This document shows positions 44,129 to 54,603 of a stretch of 64,000 nt of DNA, one piece after another. Source of the stretch: an uncultured bacterium (lineage in GTDB: Bacteria; Chlamydiota; Chlamydiia; Chlamydiales; CAZBXE01); NCBI GenBank assembly GCA_964496125.1, contig CAZBXE010000002.1:12383-76382 (forward strand). Direction: 5' to 3'. The notes below the pieces were generated by a model, which was given only the letters and a program-made list of their open reading frames with translations, had not been told where the DNA came from and ran no database searches. The position numbers and the translations under genes are program-made. Every line of letters begins with the position of its first letter. The stretch's first letter is position 1.

Positions 44129-44602
44129 TCACTCTAAATCAGCAAAGGGATTTTGCCCCTTCTCTTTCTTTTTCGTATAATTTTCTATTTCTTTTCTCTT
44201 GCTGCACCTGCCGCCATTGCACTCTGCAAACTGTGGTATCTGGGCGACAAGCTCCTCTCTTAAGACTTCTCTGAAGTCAAACACTCCAGACCTAACCTCA
44301 GCTAAAGGCTGATCATAGTAGAAATCAGTAAAGATAAGGGGCACAGTCACCCATTCATTGCAGACTGAACAGGGCATCTTTACTTCAGTCTTCGCACTTA
44401 GCTTGAGCAAAATTTCCTTTCCGACCACGGACGCAGCCCCTTCAAAAAAAACAGGGGCTTCGCAGGTCAACTCGTCCTCGGAGAGCTGCAGGAAATCCGG
44501 GGAAACCTCACCTGAGAATCTCTCTTCTTTTCCTTCTCTTAGCCTAGCGGTATAAATGCAAAAAAGGTCATTTGACATATTCAAGTAGCACATTCTAACC
44601 AA
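44129..44602 (-). CDS. yceD: DUF177 / YceD-family protein
   Basis: Conserved position upstream of rpmF; C-terminal CSVC...ECNGGRC cysteine pairs typical of DUF177. Start uncertain: TTG at 44602, ATG at 44593 or 44578. Confidence 0.72.
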   Translation of the reverse strand: MVRMCYLNMSNDLFCIYTARLREGKEERFSGEVSPDFLQLSEDELTCEAPVFFEGAASVVGKEILLKLSAKTEVKMPCSVCNEWVTVPLIFTDFYYDQPLAEVRSGVFDFREVLREELVAQIPQFAECNGGRCSKRKEIENYTKKKEKGQNPFADLE

Positions 44603-44854
44603 TTTTTTCTTTTTTCTCCAGTCATTTAGAGAAAATAGTCCCTCTCTTCAAATTAAAAATATTTATTAACAACCTCGCAAAAAACAGACTGGACAAAAGC
44701 GGGTCTTTCCTATATCCTGAACATTTAAATATCGGGTTTGGAAGTGCCCAAATCAAAAGCTTTTCGTAGATTCCTCTCCTCTACTTAGGAGAGTCGCAGT
44801 TTTTCTTCTCGGTAAGTTTGCAACCTTGCACTTCACTCCCCCACAGCTTTAACC

Positions 44855-46402
44855 ATGGCAGGAATTATGCAAGAAACCCTACTAAACGTAGAATCAAAAG
44901 AAACAAGATGCGCAACGCTTCGCAACGGACAACTCATTGATCTTGAAATCGAAAGAAAAAAAGAAAGACAACTCACCGGTAATATTTATAAAGGACGTGT
45001 TACAAACACTCTCCTCAATATCCAGTCCGCCTTTATCGACATCGATGAAGGCGATAATGGCTTTATCCACATTTCCGATGTTCTTGAAAACACAAAGAAG
45101 TTTGAGCAAGTCTACGACATGGACTTTGACCTTGACGAACCCGAAGAGCAAGAAGAGGAGCCTAAGGCTAAGGTAGACATTACGCAGCTGATGAAAGTAG
45201 ACCAGCCAGTACTCGTGCAAGTTGTAAAAGAGCCGATTGGTACAAAAGGAGCCCGCCTTACCTCGAATATCTCCATGGCAGGCAGATACCTTGTCCTACT
45301 CCCCAACTCCTCCCACAGAGGTGTCTCGCGAAAAATCGAAGACCGCAACCTAAGAGACCGTCTAAAAAAGCTCATCCGCTCCTTCGAAATGCCAAAAGAC
45401 ATGGGTCTTATCTGCAGAACCTCGTGCCAAAACGCAACAGACGAGATGTTAATTGATGAGGCAAATGAGCTCTTCCAATCATGGCAAAAGATCGTAGATG
45501 ACTTCCAAAACAAAGGAGGCCCTGTTCTTCTCTACCAAGAGTCTGATATTATCAAGCGCGCACTCTTTACAGCGGTTGACCGCCGCTTTGACCGCCTTCT
45601 GATTGACGACTACAACGTCTACCAAGCTATAAAAAGACTCTCAGACCGCTACGTGAGTGAGCACCCTCTCCGGATCGAATACTACCGTGACAAAGTTCCC
45701 ATGTTTGAACGCTTTAACGTAGAGAGGGAAATTGAAAAGGCTCTGAAGCGTAAAATCTGGCTCCCAAGCGGTGGCTATCTTTTCTTCGACAGGACAGAAG
45801 CCATGTACACAATCGACGTCAACTCAGGAAGAAGCTCTGGGGAGCACTCGGATGTCGAAGAGTCTCTTGTCCGTATCAACCTCGAAGCTGCCGAAGAGAT
45901 TGGACGCCAGCTCCGTCTTCGTAATATTGGCGGCCTTGTCATCTGCGACTTTATCGATATGAGAATGAAAAAGAACCAAAGAAGGGTTCTCGAAAAGCTT
46001 AAAGAGAGCATGCGGGAAGATAATGCAAAGTGCACTATTTTGAGTATGAGTGAATTTGGCCTTGTTGAGATGACAAGGCAAAGAAGCCGCGGCTCACTCT
46101 ACCAAACCATGTTTACCGCCTGCCCCTACTGCAACGGCACGGGTCTGATCAAAAATCACGAAAGCGTTTCGATTGAAATTGAAAGAGCCCTAAAAAAAGT
46201 CATCCAAGTCCAGCAGCAGTTTGCCATACGCCTTGTTGTGCACCCCGCACTCAATGACTACCTGGCTCAGATTGATCGCGACTACCTCCTTAAACTTGCA
46301 GACCATATGAACGCCCACTTGGAGATCGCAACGAGTGATTCGCTCCATTTGAATGGATTTGAGTTTTATTCCACCATCAGCAATGCAAAGCTTGAAATAT
46401 GA
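44855..46402 (+). CDS. rng: Ribonuclease G/E family endoribonuclease
   Basis: S1 domain (GNIYKGRVTNTLLNIQSAFIDI...GFIHISD), catalytic block GGLVICDFIDM, and CPYCNGTG zinc link. Confidence 0.88.
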   Translation: MAGIMQETLLNVESKETRCATLRNGQLIDLEIERKKERQLTGNIYKGRVTNTLLNIQSAFIDIDEGDNGFIHISDVLENTKKFEQVYDMDFDLDEPEEQEEEPKAKVDITQLMKVDQPVLVQVVKEPIGTKGARLTSNISMAGRYLVLLPNSSHRGVSRKIEDRNLRDRLKKLIRSFEMPKDMGLICRTSCQNATDEMLIDEANELFQSWQKIVDDFQNKGGPVLLYQESDIIKRALFTAVDRRFDRLLIDDYNVYQAIKRLSDRYVSEHPLRIEYYRDKVPMFERFNVEREIEKALKRKIWLPSGGYLFFDRTEAMYTIDVNSGRSSGEHSDVEESLVRINLEAAEEIGRQLRLRNIGGLVICDFIDMRMKKNQRRVLEKLKESMREDNAKCTILSMSEFGLVEMTRQRSRGSLYQTMFTACPYCNGTGLIKNHESVSIEIERALKKVIQVQQQFAIRLVVHPALNDYLAQIDRDYLLKLADHMNAHLEIATSDSLHLNGFEFYSTISNAKLEI

Positions 46403-47394
46403 CCTTTCAAGACAACTTGAAAAAGAAAATGGAGGAGGGGGTCATCCCCAAGAAAGCCCTCTCTACTCTTGACCAGTTCTATAAGAGCTTTCAAAAGGCC
46501 ATGCAAGAAGATGGCCTCGACAGCAGGCAGCTAGACAAAAGTCTGGCACTTCTTCTGCAATTTATTGAGCAAGAGGTCAAACACCCCTTCCCTTTTCCTT
46601 CTTTTCACAAAAGGGTAGAGGAGGGTTTTGACTATTACCAATTTGGCCTAGACTTCATCCGTCCCCTAGTCCGGTTTGAAAGCTCCTCTGTTCAAGGAAT
46701 ATCCAATATCGAAAAAATGATGGGACAACTGAAAAACAAAGAAAATGTCATCTTGTTTGCCAACCACCAGATCGAGCCTGATCCTCACGTCATCTGTCTC
46801 ATGCTAGAGAAGAACTTCCCTGAATTTGCTAAAGACATAATCTTTGTTGCAGGGGATAGAGTCATTACAGACCTTCTTACCATTCCTTTTAGCATGGGGA
46901 TGAACCTTGTCTGCATCCACTCGAAAAGGCATATTAACTTCCCCCCCGAACTCAAAGAAAAAAAGCTCTTGCACAACCAGCTTGCGATGCGGGGTCTTGG
47001 AGAAATTTTAGCATCTGGAGGAAAATGCCTCTATGTCGCAGCCAGTGGAGGTAGGGACAGAAAAGATGCAAACGGTGCGCTAAAAGTAAGCCCTTTCGAT
47101 CCGGGCAGCATCGAAATCTTCCAGCTCCTTGCAAAAAAAGCAAAGACAAAAACACACTTCTATCCTCTTGCGCTTTCCACCTACAACCTCTTTCCTCCCC
47201 CTCAAAAAATTGAAACTAAAATCGGGGAAATGCGACTTGTCAATCGGAGTGCTGTACATCTTGCCTTTGGTGAAGAGATTGACATGGAAGCCTTGGATGC
47301 AGATGATAAAACCTTGGACAAACATAAAAAAAGGGAAAACCGTGCGCATGCTATTTGGGACCTTGTACAAACTCTCTATCAAGGTATTGCCTAA
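46399..47394 (+). CDS. Glycerol-3-phosphate acyltransferase, soluble plant-plastid (ATS1) type
   Basis: FANHQIEPDPHVICLML matches the plant GPAT NHQSEADP (HxxxxD) block. About 330 aa and soluble. Overlaps the rng stop by 4 nt. Confidence 0.78.
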   Translation: MTFQDNLKKKMEEGVIPKKALSTLDQFYKSFQKAMQEDGLDSRQLDKSLALLLQFIEQEVKHPFPFPSFHKRVEEGFDYYQFGLDFIRPLVRFESSSVQGISNIEKMMGQLKNKENVILFANHQIEPDPHVICLMLEKNFPEFAKDIIFVAGDRVITDLLTIPFSMGMNLVCIHSKRHINFPPELKEKKLLHNQLAMRGLGEILASGGKCLYVAASGGRDRKDANGALKVSPFDPGSIEIFQLLAKKAKTKTHFYPLALSTYNLFPPPQKIETKIGEMRLVNRSAVHLAFGEEIDMEALDADDKTLDKHKKRENRAHAIWDLVQTLYQGIA

Positions 47395-50230
47395 CCTTTG
47401 CCTTTTTTTCTTGGTTAGCTCCTGCCTACTCGCGGGAGAATCTCTTTCCTTTGCCGGTGCAAAAACTGCCAAACTCAAACTGAAAAATGATCTAGAAGTA
47501 TTTCTTGTTTCTGATCCCGAGGCGCAGCAGTCTGCTGCTGCTCTCGTTGTGGATGTTGGCAGCTGGCAAGATCCAGATTCCTTCCCGGGGCTTGCCCACT
47601 ATCTTGAACATGCCCTTTTCCTCGGGACGAAGAAATACCCCAAGGAAAACGATTTCGATCGGTACATAAAAGAAAACGGAGGCTCCACAAATGGTGTTAC
47701 CGATCATGAAATGACGCTATTTGTGTTCAACGTGCGTACCGATGCTTTTGCTGATGGGCTCGAGAGGTTTAGTGCCTTTTTCAAAAAGCCTCTTTTTCCC
47801 AAGGCGGGGGTTAAAAGGGAAATCATAGCGATCGACCAAGAGTTTCATAAAAACCTAGACAATGATGCCATGCGGCTTCTCTACGCCACAAAAATGCAGG
47901 CAAAAAAAGAGCATCCGTTTCACCGCTTTCATATGGGCAATCAAGAGAGCCTCAAAGAAGCAACTCCTGAAATCTTAGAGCGGTGGTATCGAAAATATTA
48001 TAGTGCAGATAAGATGCATCTTATTCTCTACTCAAACCTTCCGTTGGATGAACTCAAGAAGCTTGCAACCGAAGATTTCCAGGATATCCTTAAAACAAAA
48101 ACACCCCCTCTCACTGACCCAGGACCACTTCTGCCCAAAGACGCCAAGGGCAGACTTGTTTTTGTAGAACCCTCTGAAAACTTGCACGAGCTGCTTGTAG
48201 TTTGGGATATCCCTACTCCCTTTGTTAGAAATCTTGAAGAAAGGCCAGGCACTCTCATTGCCCACTTGCTAGGGCATGAAGGTCCAGGGAGCCTCATTGC
48301 CTACTTAAAGGACGAAGAGCTTGCCACAGATATCAACGTAAGCGAAGAAAGGCTTAGCCAGAGCCACGAACTTTTTTCCGTGAATATTACACTAACACGA
48401 AAAGGGGTTAGGGAAAAAGAAAGAGTGATTGAATCCGTATTTCAAACGATCAACCAGATAAAGTCAGAGGAATCATTAGAGCGCAACTTCGAAGAACTGC
48501 AGAAAATGAACACTCTTATCTACCAATTCCCTATGCATAAGGAGCCACTCAAAATCGTCTATGAGCTGGGACGATCTATGTCCTTTGAACCGCTTGAGAC
48601 CTTTCCGCAGCAGAGCATGATTATTGGAAAATATAGCGCCAATACACTCTTTAGTTTTCTTCAAGAATTGTCCCCCGACAAAGCCCTTTACCTCCTTCTT
48701 ACAAAAAAAAGAAAAGACCAGCTAGCAAAGATTGAACCGTGGATGGGGTTTGGCTACAGAGAAGAAACAATTCCCAAAGCAACCCTTGAAAAATGGAGCC
48801 GCTTGCCAGCGAACAAAGAGATCTCCTTACCCGGCCCCAATCCCTTTTTACCAAGCACTCCCCTTTCACTTCCAAGCTGCACTAAAGATTACGAAAAAGT
48901 TCTCCCCACAGCAGAATTAATCAGAGATACCCCGCTTCAAAAAGTCTACTATGCCCCATGTCATACCTTTGAGGAGCCAAAAGCATACGTCTTACTCCGC
49001 ATCAAAATGGCAGCCCTAAAAGAAGCAGGCGTAGAGCAAATGGTTTACCTCGATCTTTTTCTCAAATCGATCAAAAATGCCATCAACGATTGGGGCTATT
49101 TAGCAAAGCTTGCAGGGATTGAGTATACACTTGCGCAAGAAGATGTTGCCTTTTCCCTCTCTCTCTATGGGTTTTCGGAGAACTTGGGTCTTTTCCTTAA
49201 GAAGTTTGCAGAAATGCTTAAAACGCTCCAAATCACTGAAGAGATGTTTGAACAAAATAGAATAAGCCTTATCCGCAATTACAAAAACCAAACCTTAGCC
49301 GCCCCTTATGAACAAGCAAGGGATCTTCTGGAAGAAGTTCTCTACAAATATAAAGTAGGCGCACTGACCAAGCTGAAGAAGGCCAAGGAAATAACCTTTC
49401 AGGGTTATACAGAGTTTGCAAAAAATGCACTCTCCTCCACTTTCACAGAGGGGATCTTTTACGGCCACATCACCCATGAAATGGCGCAAAAATCATTTGC
49501 CGATATGGAAAGCGCCCTCGGGACCACTCCCTACACACACCCGCTTGAGCAAGAGGTGATTGTGCTGCCTAAAGATAAAGGGCCTTTTTACATCGAACGA
49601 AAAACAAGCCTAAAGGGAAATGGCATTCAGCTTGCCATCAACACAGACTCTTATTCCCCAAAAACAAGAGGGGTGCAAGATATGCTGAGCCTTGCTCTCT
49701 CAGAATCTTTCTTCACAGAGCTGCGAACAAATCAGCAGATAGGCTATATCGTAGCAAATTATAGCGCGGAGATCCAAGGGGAGCTTTTCCTTCTCTGTAT
49801 GGCCCAATCGAGCAACCATGAAGGCAAGGAAATGCTCGACAGATTCGAAGGGTTTTTTGAAGACTACTATAACAAGATTGAGCATGAAATCCCAAAGGAA
49901 AGACTAGAAATTTTGCGACGCACCACGATCCAAGCCCTCAAGAGACCGGCAAAAGACTTGCGCGAGATGGGAGAGCTGCTCGACAAGATCTGCTTTGAGT
50001 ATAAAGGCGATCTGAATCGGATTGAAGAGAGGATCAAGGCGCTGCAAAATACAACCTATGAAGAATTTCTCTCTCTTGCAAAACAGATGATTGGCAGAAG
50101 CAATAGAAGACGTGTAGCTACAATCTGTAACGGACAGGAGCGGGAGAGGGATAAATTTGATTACAGCAAGGCGGCTAGTCCCTCGGATATCCGCGCTTTC
50201 TCCCGCTTTACCTCCCGCTACAACCCCTAA
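47348..50230 (+). CDS. M16A (pitrilysin/insulinase-like) zinc metallopeptidase, probably exported
   Basis: HYLEH (HxxEH) zinc motif. Start taken at the ATG at 47348, giving [26 protein letters not shown] (signal peptide with a possible lipobox VSSC). The upstream 73 codons of the ORF overlap the GPAT gene. Confidence 0.8.
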   Translation: MLFGTLYKLSIKVLPNLCLFFLVSSCLLAGESLSFAGAKTAKLKLKNDLEVFLVSDPEAQQSAAALVVDVGSWQDPDSFPGLAHYLEHALFLGTKKYPKENDFDRYIKENGGSTNGVTDHEMTLFVFNVRTDAFADGLERFSAFFKKPLFPKAGVKREIIAIDQEFHKNLDNDAMRLLYATKMQAKKEHPFHRFHMGNQESLKEATPEILERWYRKYYSADKMHLILYSNLPLDELKKLATEDFQDILKTKTPPLTDPGPLLPKDAKGRLVFVEPSENLHELLVVWDIPTPFVRNLEERPGTLIAHLLGHEGPGSLIAYLKDEELATDINVSEERLSQSHELFSVNITLTRKGVREKERVIESVFQTINQIKSEESLERNFEELQKMNTLIYQFPMHKEPLKIVYELGRSMSFEPLETFPQQSMIIGKYSANTLFSFLQELSPDKALYLLLTKKRKDQLAKIEPWMGFGYREETIPKATLEKWSRLPANKEISLPGPNPFLPSTPLSLPSCTKDYEKVLPTAELIRDTPLQKVYYAPCHTFEEPKAYVLLRIKMAALKEAGVEQMVYLDLFLKSIKNAINDWGYLAKLAGIEYTLAQEDVAFSLSLYGFSENLGLFLKKFAEMLKTLQITEEMFEQNRISLIRNYKNQTLAAPYEQARDLLEEVLYKYKVGALTKLKKAKEITFQGYTEFAKNALSSTFTEGIFYGHITHEMAQKSFADMESALGTTPYTHPLEQEVIVLPKDKGPFYIERKTSLKGNGIQLAINTDSYSPKTRGVQDMLSLALSESFFTELRTNQQIGYIVANYSAEIQGELFLLCMAQSSNHEGKEMLDRFEGFFEDYYNKIEHEIPKERLEILRRTTIQALKRPAKDLREMGELLDKICFEYKGDLNRIEERIKALQNTTYEEFLSLAKQMIGRSNRRRVATICNGQERERDKFDYSKAASPSDIRAFSRFTSRYNP

Positions 50231-50280
50231 CAAAAGCTCGATCTTGCTGGATAATGAGAAAAGCTGTTATAGAGAAAACC

Positions 50281-50691
50281 ATGTCGTTTATTCAAGAATT
50301 TAAGACATTTGCAATGCGAGGAAGCGTAGTCGACCTTGCAATTGGGGTTGTAATCGGTGCTGCATTCGGAAAGATTGTAAGCTCCCTCGTCAACGACATC
50401 ATTATGCCTCCGATCGGGGCGCTCCTTGGAGGTATAGACTTTAGCAGCCTTTCCCTTACCATCCATGACGCCGCCCAGGGAACCCAGCCGGTTGCGATCA
50501 GATATGGCGCTTTTATCAACACGGTTGTAGATTTTGCCATTATTGCCTTTGTGATCTTTCTGGTTGTAAAGGCCATGAACCAACTGATGCCACCACCTGT
50601 TGCTCAGGCGACAACAAGAGATTGTCCAGAGTGCCTAATGCAAATTCCCACAAGAGCCAAAAAATGTGGCCACTGCCAAAGTAAACTCTAA
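50281..50691 (+). CDS. mscL: Large-conductance mechanosensitive channel MscL with a C-terminal CxxC...CxxC extension
   Basis: [46 protein letters not shown] is the canonical MscL N-terminus. The tail reads [22 protein letters not shown]. Confidence 0.88.
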   Translation: MSFIQEFKTFAMRGSVVDLAIGVVIGAAFGKIVSSLVNDIIMPPIGALLGGIDFSSLSLTIHDAAQGTQPVAIRYGAFINTVVDFAIIAFVIFLVVKAMNQLMPPPVAQATTRDCPECLMQIPTRAKKCGHCQSKL

Positions 50692-50851
50692 ATAGTAGAG
50701 CCTAACGAACTCAACTACGCCCAGACAAAAGAAGCACTGGACAATTTTAAGGCCTTATTGTGACTACTCCTTCCTCTTTCGGGGAGGGATTGGTCGCAAC
50801 ACTGAAACTATTTTGTTGAAAAAAATATAGAAATGGTTTACCATACTATTA

Positions 50852-51169
50852 ATGTTTGAACTATTTGAAACTACAGATCAAAAAGAGCGAAAACGAGCTC
50901 TAAGGCTCAAAGAGCTTGTTTTGGAGATGGAGAACCTTGACCGTCTCGAAAAAGAGCTCCGCCATGGCCTTCCCCCAGGGGAAGAACGGCCGGCCGTTTC
51001 CTTAGATAACAAAGAAAACTTCACTAAAGAAGAGTGGGAAGTGCTCGAAGAGCTCAAGAAATGGCATGAGGAAATCAAGGAGAAGCTAGGTCTCTCCTCC
51101 CGGACTCCCACTCAGCCAAAAAAAACTCTTAATCTAGATATCCGTAGTCACTGGATTCACGTCCGATAA
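50852..51169 (+). CDS. Hypothetical charged coiled-coil protein (105 aa)
   Basis: E/K/L-rich ORF between mscL and proS. No family recognised. Confidence 0.45.
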   Translation: MFELFETTDQKERKRALRLKELVLEMENLDRLEKELRHGLPPGEERPAVSLDNKENFTKEEWEVLEELKKWHEEIKEKLGLSSRTPTQPKKTLNLDIRSHWIHVR

Positions 51170-52678
51170 TCAGTATGCTTTAGCAATAATGATGTCTGTT
51201 TTAGCAGGGCGACCTGTCATGATACAGCGTCCCTCTTTCCCCGATTGATCGAGCGGAAGACAACGTATTGTCAACTTATGTTCCTTAAGCTGTTCTTCGG
51301 TAACCGGGTCTTCACACCACTTCACACGCGCAAAACCGCCGTGAATCTCCGGCTTCTCTTCATTCTTCGGGGTAAAGTAGGCAAGAAGCTCATCAAAAGA
51401 TGTAAACCCTTCCTTAATTGCACTGTCCCGAAATTGCTTGGCCCTCTCAAAGTAGCCTTTTTGCATTTCATGAACCACGCTGCCGATCGTTTTGGGTAGA
51501 ATGTCCATCCCCACTTTCAGCTTTTCCTTATGAGGCTTATCACGCCTTGCCACCATGACAGCACGAGACTCCAGATCACGAGGCCCGATCTCTATGCGCA
51601 CAGGCACGCCCTTTTTAATCCACTCCCATGTTTTATCACCCCCACGCAGATCCCTCTCATCTACAAACGCTGAAATCCCTGCGCCTTCCAAGGTCTTTGC
51701 GATCTTACGGCACTCCCCAAGTACCTCTTCAGCCGTTTCAGGTTTTGGAATCACAGGGATAATAACCACTTGCTTCGGAGCAATTTTGGGAGGAAGTCTC
51801 ATCCCATCATCATCTCCATGCACCATCACAAGGCCACCAATTGTTCGTGTTGTCATACCCCAAGAGGTGGTATAGCCATGCTCTAACACTCCCTCTTGAT
51901 TACTGAATTGGATATTGTAGGCTTTAGAAAAGTTTTGACCAAAATAGTGGCTTGTACCACCTTGCAAGGCCTTTTTATCTTGCATCATCATTTCAATTGT
52001 GTACGTAGCTACAGCTCCAGGAAATCTCTCTCCTACAGACTTCTCTCCTATGATGACAGGAATAGCAAGATACTCCTCTACAAAATCGCGGTAGAGATAA
52101 AGGGCCTTTAAGGTTTCTTCCCTGGCCTGTTTTTCACTGGCCAAAACGGTATGCGCCTCCTGCCAAAGAAACTCAGTCGTACGCAGAAAAAGACGCGGTC
52201 TCATCTCCCAACGCACCACGTTTGCCCACTGGTTAATCAGAAGTGGCAAATCTCGATACGATTGTACCCATCTAGAGAATGCATCCCCAATAATCGTTTC
52301 GGAAGTAGGTCTTACAACTAAAGGCTCTTCTAGTTCGGCGGCCGGTACGAGTTTGCCATCTTTTTCTTCTAAACGATGGTGTGTAACGACAGCACACTCT
52401 TTTGCAAACCCCTCAACGTGGTCTGCCTCCTTTTCCAGAAAGCGAAGAGGAATAAAGAGGGGAAAATACGCGTTTTGATAGCCTATTTCCTTGATTTTGC
52501 GATCGAGGGTACTTTGGATCTTTTCCCAAATACCGTAGCCCCACGGCTTGATGATCATAGAGCCACGTACCGGGGAATTTTCTGCTAGGTCAGCTGCCTT
52601 TACAGCTTGCTGGAACCATTCAGGAAAGTCTTCGTCTCTTGTCGGGGTTATTGCGGTCTTATCTTGCGTCACTGCCAA
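51170..52678 (-). CDS. proS: Prolyl-tRNA synthetase (archaeal/eukaryotic-like type)
   Basis: Class II aaRS core, no bacterial INS editing insertion, C-terminal zinc-binding-like domain ending in ...IIIAKAY. SD aaggag before the TTG start. Confidence 0.92.
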   Translation of the reverse strand: MAVTQDKTAITPTRDEDFPEWFQQAVKAADLAENSPVRGSMIIKPWGYGIWEKIQSTLDRKIKEIGYQNAYFPLFIPLRFLEKEADHVEGFAKECAVVTHHRLEEKDGKLVPAAELEEPLVVRPTSETIIGDAFSRWVQSYRDLPLLINQWANVVRWEMRPRLFLRTTEFLWQEAHTVLASEKQAREETLKALYLYRDFVEEYLAIPVIIGEKSVGERFPGAVATYTIEMMMQDKKALQGGTSHYFGQNFSKAYNIQFSNQEGVLEHGYTTSWGMTTRTIGGLVMVHGDDDGMRLPPKIAPKQVVIIPVIPKPETAEEVLGECRKIAKTLEGAGISAFVDERDLRGGDKTWEWIKKGVPVRIEIGPRDLESRAVMVARRDKPHKEKLKVGMDILPKTIGSVVHEMQKGYFERAKQFRDSAIKEGFTSFDELLAYFTPKNEEKPEIHGGFARVKWCEDPVTEEQLKEHKLTIRCLPLDQSGKEGRCIMTGRPAKTDIIIAKAY

Positions 52679-52698
52679 AATTCTACTCCTTCACTCGT

Positions 52699-53430
52699 TT
52701 ATTCGGAAACATCTGGTTCTTCCATATTATGATAAACGACATCAATGTCGTCAATTCCCTCTAGCCATTCAATCAAAGCTTCATTTGCCTTTCTTGTTTC
52801 CCCATCGCAATTGACATATGTCTTCGGAATCATGTCAAACTCGGCATGGGCAACAGTGATACCTGCTGCCTCTAATTTTTCACGGACAGGGAAAAGGTCT
52901 TTTGGGTCTGTTGTGATCACATAGTAGTCGTCTCCCACTTCAAAATCCTCGGAACCTGCCTCCAGGGCTAGGTGAAAAAGGGAATCTTCTACTGCTTTGC
53001 TTCTTTCCACTTGGATAATCCCCTTGCGGTCAAAGTTATATACCACAGCTCCAGGCATGGCTACAGTACCGCCCCGTTTGTTTGTGGCAATCCGGATGTC
53101 TGAGGCAATCCTGTTTTTATTGTCCGTCATGATCTCTGCAATCAGGCCTACTCCCCCATGTCCATAGAGCTCATAGGTGATCTCATCATAGCTTTTTTGG
53201 TCTGAGTTCAAGGCGTTTTTGATGTTTCTTTCAACGCTCTCCTTGGGCATATTTTCTGCTCTTGCCTTCTGCAGAGCAAGCCGAAGTCTTGGATTCCCCT
53301 GTGGGTCAGCTCCACTTAGCTTGACAGCTGTAATGATCTCTTTTGCAATACGCGTAAAGACCTTGCCCTTCTTTGCATCCTGCTTTTCTTTGCGAAACTT
53401 AATGTTCGCCCATTTGCTATGCCCAGCCAT
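52699..53430 (-). CDS. yebC: YebC/PmpR-family DNA-binding regulator
   Basis: MAGHSKWANIKFRKEKQDAKKGKVFTRIAKEI... is the family signature. Confidence 0.93.
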   Translation of the reverse strand: MAGHSKWANIKFRKEKQDAKKGKVFTRIAKEIITAVKLSGADPQGNPRLRLALQKARAENMPKESVERNIKNALNSDQKSYDEITYELYGHGGVGLIAEIMTDNKNRIASDIRIATNKRGGTVAMPGAVVYNFDRKGIIQVERSKAVEDSLFHLALEAGSEDFEVGDDYYVITTDPKDLFPVREKLEAAGITVAHAEFDMIPKTYVNCDGETRKANEALIEWLEGIDDIDVVYHNMEEPDVSE

Positions 53431-54100
53431 GCACCATACCTAACGTTTTAATATTTTGCTGAATCCATTTTTTGGCTTCTTGATACTTATAAAACCTCTT
53501 CTCGAGCGCCCTAAACTCTTTGCTATGGATCCTCTGCACACCCGAGCTATCGACATAGGGGGGGCAAAAAGCATGGAGCATCTCATGATAAATCACCGAT
53601 TCAATCACAAATTCTGGAATGCCTTCTTGGTCTAGTCTTCGATGGATTTTCACAAGCCGAAGAGGCGCAACATACTTTCCAAAAAGCAGAGTTGCAGCCC
53701 GGCTTGCCCGGCTTTCTCCAAACCACGTAATGGAAAGCTTTAAAACGCCCCCAAAATACTCCTCATTCACCCTTTCAAGAAGCGTTTGCAAATCAAAAAA
53801 CCTTCCTTGCGTAGTAAGAGCTTGCTTCTTTACCGTGTGACTTAAGTCGATACGATCTGCATTTTCCGTAAAAAAGTTTCGCACCACACGAAGGGCGCTT
53901 CTTCGAAAAGAGCAAAGGTAGGAGGCAAGAGCTGTAATTACGTCCTTGGGGGCATCTGTAAACATTTCATGGAGAGAAACTTTAATATGTCTCGAGTCTC
54001 TCTTAACGCTTAAAAAAGTAGATCTGTTCTGGTTAAAATGAATGTCTACTCTTCTCCCTGTTTTCTCCTCCAAAAAAGCCTGAACTGACTCTGCCTTCAT
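53417..54100 (-). CDS. SprT-like zinc metallopeptidase-domain protein
   Basis: VIYHEMLHAFCPP (HExxH) in a SprT-like context. Overlaps the yebC start by 14 nt. Confidence 0.62.
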   Translation of the reverse strand: MKAESVQAFLEEKTGRRVDIHFNQNRSTFLSVKRDSRHIKVSLHEMFTDAPKDVITALASYLCSFRRSALRVVRNFFTENADRIDLSHTVKKQALTTQGRFFDLQTLLERVNEEYFGGVLKLSITWFGESRASRAATLLFGKYVAPLRLVKIHRRLDQEGIPEFVIESVIYHEMLHAFCPPYVDSSGVQRIHSKEFRALEKRFYKYQEAKKWIQQNIKTLGMVHGWA

Positions 54101-54603
54101 ATGAAGCGCTCCATAAAAATACGAGCCCGGTATTCACCGCCATCTTCCTTAATCCAATGCGTTTGCCTTCCAAATTCTCTAAACCCCATTCTTTCATAAA
54201 GCCGGATCGCCGGGTTATGCTCATAGACTTGAAGATGAAGAAGGTCTATTTTAAAATTTTCTTTTGCCAAAGAAATGAGACTTTTCAAGAGGTATGTCCC
54301 AATCCCTTTACCCCTCATATCATCGGCTACAATAATTCCAAACTCGCATTGGTGGGCAAGCTTTCGGTATGGCTGTAAATAAAGGGTTGTAAGGCCACAA
54401 GGGACCCCCTGATACACTGCTGTCAAACTACAACGGTATCTATAAAAACTCATCCATTTGTTAACAGCATCATCTACCTCTGCTTCATCCGCCATGGGAA
54501 ACCAGCGCAGAACATTAGGCTCCATAAGCCAATCCTTCAAATGCTTTCCATCACCAAAATCGGTGTATCTGACTTCCAAGCCCGGAAGTATCTGATCGAC
54601 CAT
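54097..54603 (-). CDS. GNAT-family N-acetyltransferase
   Basis: Acetyl-CoA loop DMRGKGIGTYLLKSLISLAKE. The ATG overlaps the prfB TAA (TAATG). Confidence 0.75.
   Translation of the reverse strand: MVDQILPGLEVRYTDFGDGKHLKDWLMEPNVLRWFPMADEAEVDDAVNKWMSFYRYRCSLTAVYQGVPCGLTTLYLQPYRKLAHQCEFGIIVADDMRGKGIGTYLLKSLISLAKENFKIDLLHLQVYEHNPAIRLYERMGFREFGRQTHWIKEDGGEYRARIFMERFI

Noticed and set aside
47080-47478. 132-aa minus-strand ORF, plus the 47129-47347 extension of the M16A ORF
   Set aside because: Both overlap the well-supported GPAT gene. The M16A signal peptide begins at or after 47348.
50227-50583. 118-aa and 94-aa minus-strand ORFs opposite mscL
   Set aside because: The plus-strand frame encodes a canonical MscL sequence.
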